Assembly: GCA_001949185.1 (NCBI GenBank)
Contig: BDGG01000005.1
Span: forward strand, 682,001 to 746,000
Source of the DNA: Ramazzottius varieornatus
Lineage: Eukaryota; Animalia; Tardigrada
DNA: 64,000 nucleotides
Direction: 5' to 3'
The position numbers and the translations under genes are program-made. The notes under the pieces are model-generated. The model made no database searches. It was not told where the DNA came from and was given only the letters and a program-made list of their open reading frames with translations. This document shows, one piece after another, positions 55,582 through 64,000 of the stretch. The stretch's first letter is position 1, and each line of letters begins with the position of its first letter.

Positions 55582-56452
55582 AATGACTGGTTTCCGTTAC
55601 TTATATTCTGTTCTTGCCTTTGCGAGCTGTTTTCTTCCCTGTTTGACTGTACAGTGTTGACTCTTTGACGCATTGATTGTACATAAAGGATGACATATTG
55701 GCAGTAGTGACCGACTGTATGCGGCATTTATACCGTTAGTATCCGCTATTGAAAGATAGTCATCGTGTTTTACAATGTGGTTAATATTGCCAAAAAAGGC
55801 TGTACAACTGATGTTCAGTAATATCGAAACAGAAGACTCATGTATCATCGTAAAACTGCTAATGATAAGGCACCAGGCAAAATGACTACTCGATAAGCTT
55901 GCTTTTGTTGATATGAGGTTGTCGAACCAAAAGTACGAACCTTTTCAACTCAAATTATCAGAACTTTTTTCTAATAGGAACTCAAAGGTATGAAAGAACA
56001 AAAAATATTCTGTGACGTACGATGTATAGTTGATCCAAATGAACAATGGCAGGTAACGCAAGTATCATTGACGTAAAAAAAAGACAGTAAATGCGGACGT
56101 TGGGAGCGGCAGGAAGTTGACGACCCATTCGCGGAAGAGCGAGGATCGGATCATGTCGATAGGCGCAAGGACCACAAGCCTTGCCCGGTTTCTTTCCTTC
56201 TTTCACCCGGAGGAATTTGGCACAGGATTGCAAAAAGTTTGCTGTGTCTTTGGTTCAAGCAAGATTCAGAGCTATCTTTGACCACTGGTAGTAGCTGCTT
56301 CTGGTACCTGCAAAATCACAGAAAAGATTCTAAAACAAAATACAGGACAGGCAAACAAGTTCGGTCAGGTGGCCGTCTCGAGTGGCGTAAGTTTTCGCTA
56401 ATGTTAGCCGGCAGCGCGCGAGACGTGGAAAATTGATCTGGTCATGGTTGTC

Positions 56453-56501
56453 CAAGTAGCGCACGCTTCCAGTGATAATGGCCGGAAGCGTGCGCCGTTC
56501 G
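56453..56501. repeat. Family A core cassette downstream of CBF-beta
   Basis: CAAGTAGCGCAC-N25-GTGCGCCGTTCG. Confidence 0.75.
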
Positions 56502-56668
56502 AAAAACAATCGGGCTTCGTGATATAATGTTCAGCTAGAGTTATATAAAATAATTAGATATGTTTACTGAGGTGAATAATACTGCTGAATAAAAAAAATT
56601 AAATTGAATGCACAGGGCGGAAATCATTGCGCCAGTTTGACGGGAATTACAACCCAGTTAGCAAAGGG

Positions 56669-59202
56669 TCATACTTCAGGTGTGCCAGTGTCAAGCTCCA
56701 TCCTGCCTAGCCCATCCAGAGTTTCCATGTCCACGTGACCGTTCCAGATGACTGCAACTCCATTGAGAATCATCCGTGACTGGACAAACAGCTGCAAATC
56801 GACATGTTCCATTAAACATTCAACACTTTCCGGCGAGTTTCATTGCGCCCATTTGCCCCTTTCATGGCAAAATGCTGGATGTTACAAGTCATTACTGGGT
56901 GAACCCACCCAATGCGCAAGCCAAACAAGTCCCCAGAGACCCACACAGATTGTGACCGTGCGATATTTCCAGAACCTAATTAGCACGATGTAGATTGAAA
57001 CGATGAAAAAGTGTCTCAAAGAGGGCGGAAAGTTTTGCTACTCACAAAAGGTCAAATGTTAAGAATAACAAACGTGGTAAATTCGTAATTGTACATTCAC
57101 ATGGCGCACTAAAAACGCATTCGTTAGAGAACTCTCGTACTGGAGTCTCGATACGAGTCATTCGACGTAAGGGCGCAGCCTTTTTCGTTTTCGAGATTAG
57201 AGATCTGTGAATAATGCCTCGATTTTCGGACATCAGTTGTCTTGAGGAAGAATTCCATGTTAGCTTGTAAAGGCTCAAGTCAGAATTTTGTAGTCACGAA
57301 CTTTTGGTAACCGGATACCCTGGAAAGCCTCGTGCTTGCCCATACTGAAATTTTATTTTGTAAATCAAGATAAGTGAGTAAGGAGCACCTGCATGTTTCG
57401 GGTTCACAAGTGATTGATGAAGAAGAACGACAAGGACGTCATTTAGACTGGGCAAATGCAATTTTGACAGTTTTGATAGAGGGAAACACGAGTCGCCCTC
57501 ACTGATTGACAGCTCAACACCGGGCCATTTAGTTCTGCTTCAGAAATAAAAAGTAACCAACGTAAGCTTGATGTCGTAAATTACAACCCTGTTTCCAATT
57601 CGAATCGCTTTTCTTCGACGGAAAAATCGCCCCATCAGCGAGCACACTACCGCATGCGCAACTTGATGAGGACAAAAAGCGGTCCATCCACACTGTGGCT
57701 GGCCGTCTTCGGTAAATTCGGTTAGCCAGCTCATCAGTCATTCCCCGCTGAATAATTACCTACTCGAGTGGGCTCGCATCGGTAAATTCAACCGCTTTTC
57801 GAAATGAAGTGACCTTACAGAGACGAACCTTCGTATCACTCACCCGAGTTCACATAACTTTAATGTGGAAGGTGGGTAAACCAACTCGACAAGATGGCTA
57901 AGTGGCGCAGGCTGTCTCCGTAATTAATCGGGCGCGCGCGCCACTTGGAAAACCACACGAGATGGTCATCTCGAATAATGCACATTCTCAATGTTTTCGG
58001 CCGAACAACAAAAGAACGGCACCACTCAGATTTAACCTTCTTGTGCGTTTGCGCCAAAGCTCGAGTAATTCTACTCATCTCTTCGTATTTGGCCAGAACT
58101 TGATTGTGACTAATGTAGCATTAATGAGGTGGATGGTTTAGAATATTTGTGGTCAAGAGGGCTCACTGTATACATAGCGGCAACAGTCTAACTAAAGGAC
58201 GGTAAATATTTAAGGCGTGGAAGCTTATACACCAAGACGGTGGTGGTGGCGACCTGACTCATCCAGCATTCTTGGCACTTCAAGCACTGATATCGGTATA
58301 AACGATATTTAAAATAATAGAGCTTACCTTTCCGTTACGGATTTCAGCTGCAGGAAGAGGATTGTGAGGCTGACTGGGCAAAGGTACCTCAGGTACATTT
58401 CGAGGACTTCGGAATGTCAGAATGAGGTGTATGCCCGACGATAACGCACTCTATGGAGATAGACCAGAAATGATATCATCCAGAGTAAATAAATTCGTAA
58501 AAAGATGGCCAAACTGGACTCTCAAAGCAACCTGTCAATATTCCAACCAATTCGTGTTGGAATTCTGCGGTTGAAACGCAAGAAACGGGAAAGAGCCGAG
58601 ATGACCTTTAGTTTTTCAATATTTCTCTTATGATTACGCTTCTCGGGCTTGCAGAGTATTTGGCTTACCATAATAAGGAATCCACGGTCGATGTCGAGCT
58701 CGAACTGTCGACGGCGATGATCCATCGGCCGCTCCAGCGGTACTCCGGCGTACCTGACTTCAGATTCACGGCTCAAGCGACGAAAGACGGGGTCGTTATC
58801 AAATTTCTCCCTCTGGTTCTCGACCACTCTGGGCATAATAAGGTCTTCTTTCTGCTGATTGTGGAGCAGCGGGTGGTTGGTTTCAAGATGACGGTTAAGG
58901 CAGTGCATAGGAGGAGAGGGAATATTCAGGGAAGCAGGATGCGCCGTATTCCACCGCACCAGGTTAGCGTGGAAGTTCGAGTCTCCGGAAGGGTTCCACT
59001 GCAACGAAGGACGTCGTTGAGGCACGAGAGAAGAGGACAGATCCAAAGGGTCACCACTGGTCAAGCTGCGGGCTGGAGAAAGGGCAGCGTGTTCCTGTAC
59101 GCTGTAGCTGCTGCTATCGTCGGAGTGGTCCAAGTGGTGGATAACTTGAGCAGTGATCCGCGCATCAAACTCGGGACACATCCTTGGGCTTGGACCGGAC
59201 AT
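56669..59202 (-). CDS. CBFB: Core-binding factor beta (Brother/Big-brother-like Runx partner); exons ~59202(or 58836)-58669, 58450-58328, 56791-56669
   Basis: MPRVVENQREKFDNDPVFRRLSRESEVRY matches CBFB MPRVVPDQRSKFENEEFFRKLSRECEIKY. The last exon GK|LFVQSRMILNGVAVIWNGHVDMETLDGLGRMELD matches GKVYLKAPMILNGVCVIWKGWIDLQRLDGMGCLEFD. Confidence 0.9.
57883..57947. repeat. Family A element in CBF-beta intron
   Basis: AACTCGACAAGA...TAAGTGGCGCAG-N25-GCGCGCCACTTG. Confidence 0.8.
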
Positions 59203-60441
59203 GAACAGGCATCCACACAAATGGCAAGCAATGGTTCCCAGAAGGGATGTGTCGGGCCCAACTCAGGCCTTGATCAACTGGAAAATGGCCGGCCGCGCTT
59301 CTGTGGACCTACAGCAAAATGAACCGAATAAGCAGAGCAGATTAACTTGAGGTCTCCCTCCTTCGTAAATCGTAATTATACTTAAGGATAACAGACATCA
59401 AAAGTCAAAGAGGTGGAATTTCGGTGTCTTGCTCGCCAATCACGTAACCCCTTTTTCAGACACTGCACGTACGCGGTACACTGAAAGATACACCACCACC
59501 ATGCAGTACTTCGCTAACCAAGCTAACCCGCAGCTGCAGTATAGCCCCGACGTCGGTTTCGCCACAATGTCACTGTCTGCAACCGAATAACCCTGTGAAC
59601 GGAGAACCCAGGCAAAGTTCCTCGTTAGGCGGCACGAGAAGAAAGGTGGAAGATGACACATCAAACCACCGACTTCCGCGTACCGCAGGCTCGTCTACGC
59701 AGTCGAACAGCCGCAAGACAGAATCAAATTTGACAAATCGAGCAGAGAACTGATGAGGAAAAAAATTTGATAAATACAAATCACCAGAGTATTTTCATTG
59801 AGCCAAGGAAGAAAAAGACAAAAACAACTTCGAATTTTGGCTCTGGACAGAGGACGGCTCAACTTCAACTCTAGCCTCACAAAAATTAATCAAAGGTAAA
59901 TATTCGACTAGAAACTATCGGACGAATAACAAGTCGTAAGATGATATTATGCTTTACTGCTTTAGTGACCTAAATCATCATAATTCAATTCGGAGAACGA
60001 AGGGTTCGCTCACCAAGAAAGCAGGAGAGACACCCATGTTATTGTTTGGAAGACAGGAGAAATGCCCACTAACCAGAAGGTTATGATACATACATATGAA
60101 ACCGCTGATAAGAGCGTACCTGTGGGAACGCAGTCAAACAAGCAACCACGTCAGAATGGTTCACGGCCACACAAAGTTCCGAGAAGTAAACCATCCGTTT
60201 CACACTTTCGTCAAAGTTCATCATAGAGTAAACAAAGACTTTGAGACAGGGACCTGATACGAGGAGTGTAGGACAACCTTCATGATAATTTAAGATAATG
60301 GAGCTCAAGAGCTGCCGAAACCCCGCGCATCAGCATAGATACCCATGTATACACTACCGCAGTATCCGCTACACCGAAGGCGTGACGGAAGTTGAAATGT
60401 TACCACACGGTACTCTTAGCCCGCGAAAACTACAAGGAGAC

Positions 60442-60573
60442 AAACTTGACAAGATGGATGTTCCAAGTGGCGCAGCCCAGCAGCCAATAACACTAATAAC
60501 GTGCGCCACTTGACAAGCTTGTCCAAGTGGCGCACGCTTCTAGCCCAATATCGCAAGAAACGTGCGCCACTTG
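60442..60573. repeat. Tandem pair of family A cassettes (60464-60512, 60524-60573)
   Basis: CAAGTGGCGCAG-N25-GTGCGCCACTTG-ACAAGCTTGTC-CAAGTGGCGCAC-N26-GTGCGCCACTTG. Confidence 0.9.
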
Positions 60574-63253
60574 AAAAGTGTTTAACTGTGTTTTTGTTCA
60601 TTTTGTTTGCCTGGGTCCCAAACCGTTCGTGCCTTCTGAGCGAGAGCGAAGGTACGAACCTACACGTCTCCTCTCCGAAGCCTGGTACATGCTCAGCCTA
60701 CCTGTGGGAAAAGCCGTAGGGAGAACAGATTCGCGCGAAACTAGAGCCAGATTTCCAGGACAATCGATATCCTGGCTTGCGAAGCTGGAGAACTATGAAC
60801 GCTGGTCAACGGTTAGAAGATTCGAAAGGAGGTTCTAATGAAGTAAATGAACAGAGGGGCCAAGAGAAGGATGCCGTCATCGAGAAGCCTGATTGATGCA
60901 TAAACAAATACCCACGCGCTATCGCCAGCCACTGTCACACAATCAAACAAGATAAAGCGATGATGTCATCCCGGAAACACGTTCGCACAAGAATGTTCCA
61001 GACAGTGGCGGGAAAGACTAGGCTTTGCCACCACAGAAGGCATAACTGCGACCGCATCTTCAGTGTTCACAGTCCCTTGATTCTTCTCGGAGACGCGGTC
61101 TCCACGTCTCGCTCCAGATTCTCACAAACCAAAGTGGCCAGCTTTTCTCTTTCCTTTGGCGGTCTATGACTTGGCTGATTTGGCTGAGACTCTCATTCAA
61201 CTCACACAACAACCAGCTGAGCGCTGATAAAATCCATTGACGAGCCTGTTCAAACACACACCTAGTTTCCGTCTGTATTCGTCACGTAGGCCGACCAGTA
61301 TGTAAGGTGCTAAATTCCGAGCGTTATGTCATACGCTTCCCATGCAAATACACCGACGATACGAATGCCCGACAAAAAGGGTCTTCCTCGTCTTGTCTAG
61401 TCATCAGGCCTTGTCTCGGCCATCTCCCCATCAGATTAGATGAACTTCACACTGAACTATCGTCACGTAAAAATTCCAGAAATTCCAGAAATTCCACAAC
61501 CTTCGGAAGCAAAACTTTTGAGGCCCGCGCAGTTGCGTCGGTCCATCGGAAAAAAATATATTCGTGGAATGTTCTAGCTCATTAACGCTCACAGCCGCTG
61601 GAAGTTTTTGAGCTCGTGATATGGCGGCACAACAAAGGTGCGGTATGAGAGGATGCGAGATTGTTTGAAATATCGTCGTTAATTGGCCTACTGGCCGCTT
61701 CCAAATCAAAGAGAAGTGCAGGCTAGTCTACCATGGTTGCCTTCCCGCCTTCCGAGTGATTCACGTGGGCTTAGCCCATCTGACTAATATGAAGGATGGT
61801 TTTTAGCTTATGTGACACTTACCGCCGCTTGACGAGTTCGATCTCTAGTTCAAATGCAGATTCTCAGGCACGAGTCATCAGGTGCGGTTTTCCGGCACAG
61901 CACTAGACGCCAATGTCGACCGACTTCACATTCACGATCTGACGCTGACTGATCCGGAAGTCCAAGGTCCTTCGATCGAACAGATGGCCCAGACAGTGAA
62001 TTATTCCGTATAGTAATCCAGTTTAGGGTTCGTTGAATTCAGTCTGGCTCCATATCGCAGAGAAGGATAATGGACAATCTGGCATAAAGAGCAAACAGAT
62101 AAAGACGAAGGCGCTGAGAATCGGAAGTAGTGGCGCAGTTAGGAAAAAGTAGCTTTTGTCGGTTCGGACAATTTATGAGGGGGTAATTATGATTTGGTAA
62201 AAGTATGCGGACCACAAGAAAGAGGAGAACGGCCATAAGTACCTTCACGGTCTTCACCACAATGACATCCGTGTGGAAACACACCAACGTGAACACGCTG
62301 ACACTGCACGGCGCGCGCAACAGGTGCGTCACCCTCGTACCGTACTGTACATGCACGTTGCCCAACTTTTGCATGCGACAAGTGAGATCATTTTCATAAA
62401 CGTCACTTCTGCCCTCAACAACCACAAAGCCGTCCCACAAAACTATAGCCCACAGAGATTCTAAATATTTGCTGCCGACGGCTAAGAATTGAGTGACGTG
62501 GAAGACGTGGAAGAATCCCGACTACGCGACTATAAACGGGTCACGGGTTCTGATGGAACGCAATTCTGATGGAAAGTATTTCCTTCAGAAGCTTTTCGAA
62601 CCCAAACAGTGGTAAACACGATGCCTATAGTCGTTCGATCCACAGTTCGGAATACTTGGTGCGACTAAAGCTTGATGAGGAAGAGCTGACGGAAGGCTTT
62701 CCACTTGGTGCATAGATGGCGCTGCTCAGTATGTAAAATCCATCAGCTCGCACTTCCGGTTCTACGAACGAGAAAAACTACGGATCTAGCAAAGCAGAAT
62801 GTAACATTCGTCCATGGAATATGGCAATAGGGATACTCGACAAGCATGAAGAGAGGTTTCAGCAGTTTCAGCACTTACGGCATGCTCAGTGATGGAGGAA
62901 GTAAAAGTGAAGCTCGCAGGGTAAGAAGGCATCGGTGGTGGAAGACCGCACACTTTGGCATTGTCGACACAAGTTCCGTTGGGGTACATATCGAGGTTTA
63001 CCACATATAACGGCAACAATCATTATGGAAAGGACCCCTAGCTTTGAGCAGCTTCGCAGACAAATGCTGAGATCCGCACCGCCAACCGGTTTGGCAGCTA
63101 GGAAGAACTTTTCTCTATGAGGTTAACCTGGCCAAATAACGCGCAGGAATGAATTGGTCTGACGCAGCAGCTGCCTCAAAAGTACCTACCTGCCAGCCAG
63201 CAGCCAACTCTCGTGCCGGATTGTTGACAATGCTGTCTGACGAGCTGTGTTAG

Positions 63254-63649
63254 GAGATGTACTTTGCCATTTCCAACAACGAACCAACCTTCGAAGACCC
63301 AACCTTCAACGTGAATGCTTTGACTAGACGCTTACGTAAGCTAGATAGCGCAGCTATGCATATACCTATACAGCAACAAGCCATAAGCCATAAGACAAAA
63401 CCTAACCACAAAATTGTTTTGCGGTTTTGGGTGAGTGACACGGAAGGTTCCTCGACTGATGTATGCACACGTATAAATTTAACCATGTTCGCTGGTGCGT
63501 GTATAACGCGAAGAGCCATTTGTTGCACGTAAGCACCTTATTCGTACTTACCTACCCTCGTAATGCTTTTCAGGGCCTGTATGGCCGGAAGGAACCTGCC
63601 AGGAGACCAGGATAACGTAGCTGTACTAGCCTCTGGTCTTTCCTATCAG
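63254..63649 (+). CDS. Possible exons of an unidentified gene running toward the window end
   Basis: ORF 63257-63532 joins ORF 63563-63745 in frame across a short GTAAG...TTTTCAG intron (CCT|ACMAG). No recognisable homology. Confidence 0.3.
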
Positions 63650-63799
63650 GTTGGTCGATGTGACTTTGCGCTTTTTCGACGTGTAAATTTGAAAAATCAT
63701 ATCGTTGAACTGGGTCGGAGTTTTGATCTGGTTTCTCGTTTGTAACACAGAACAAACTACAGTGTTCTAAGCGATTGCGTGAAAGTTCCGATCGCGCTC

Positions 63800-63876
63800 G
63801 CAGTTACTGTAAATATTCGCAGTTACTGTAAATATACTATAAATACTGCGCGGATGCAGCGAATATTTACAGTAAT
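63800..63876. repeat. Short direct plus inverted repeat
   Basis: GCAGTTACTGTAAATAT occurs twice in tandem, and TTACTGTAAATATTCGC pairs with GCGAATATTTACAGTAA. Confidence 0.7.
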
Positions 63877-64000
63877 TTCAAAAAACGGTTTTCGGTATTA
63901 CCGCTTTCTGCAGATTTTGCTCCACTTTACAAGAAAACTTCTTGTGGCCCAACTAAACGAGTGAGAACAATGCATATAACAGGTGATAACAGCCCAAAAG

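Noticed and set aside
60464-60573. CRISPR array
   Set aside because: The repeats alternate in orientation, there are only two units, no cas genes are present, and the context is eukaryotic.
59400-62700. Short ORFs upstream of CBF-beta
   Set aside because: No homology or consistent exon chain; the region is probably regulatory or UTR intron.

Overview
This is gene-dense, intron-containing animal DNA with near-balanced GC and mostly short GT-AG introns. A compact invertebrate such as a tardigrade is my inference and is not proven. About 14 protein-coding genes can be assembled by hand: BiP/HSPA5, a secreted tectonin-like beta-propeller, a Cys-rich secreted orphan, a pericentrin/AKAP9-like PACT protein, a ~3,300-aa R/S/D/E-rich disordered orphan, a stand-alone ryanodine-receptor Repeat1-2 protein, SDHB (GC-AG intron), RPS19 (hosting a C/D snoRNA), an NR1D/E75-like nuclear receptor, an FBXO22-like protein, a WAC-like WW protein, alpha-tubulin, a GPI-type 2-Ig protein, ATG9 and CBF-beta. 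The most striking unexplained structure is non-coding: more than 20 dispersed ~49-51-bp inverted-repeat cassettes, mostly in introns. They fall into two unrelated families, CAAGTGGCGCAC-N25/26-GTGCGCCACTTG and ACCTGCATAC-N30/31-GTATGCAGGT. Arms and spacer length are conserved while spacer sequence is largely not. Exon boundaries and counts were read by eye and may be off by a few bases.
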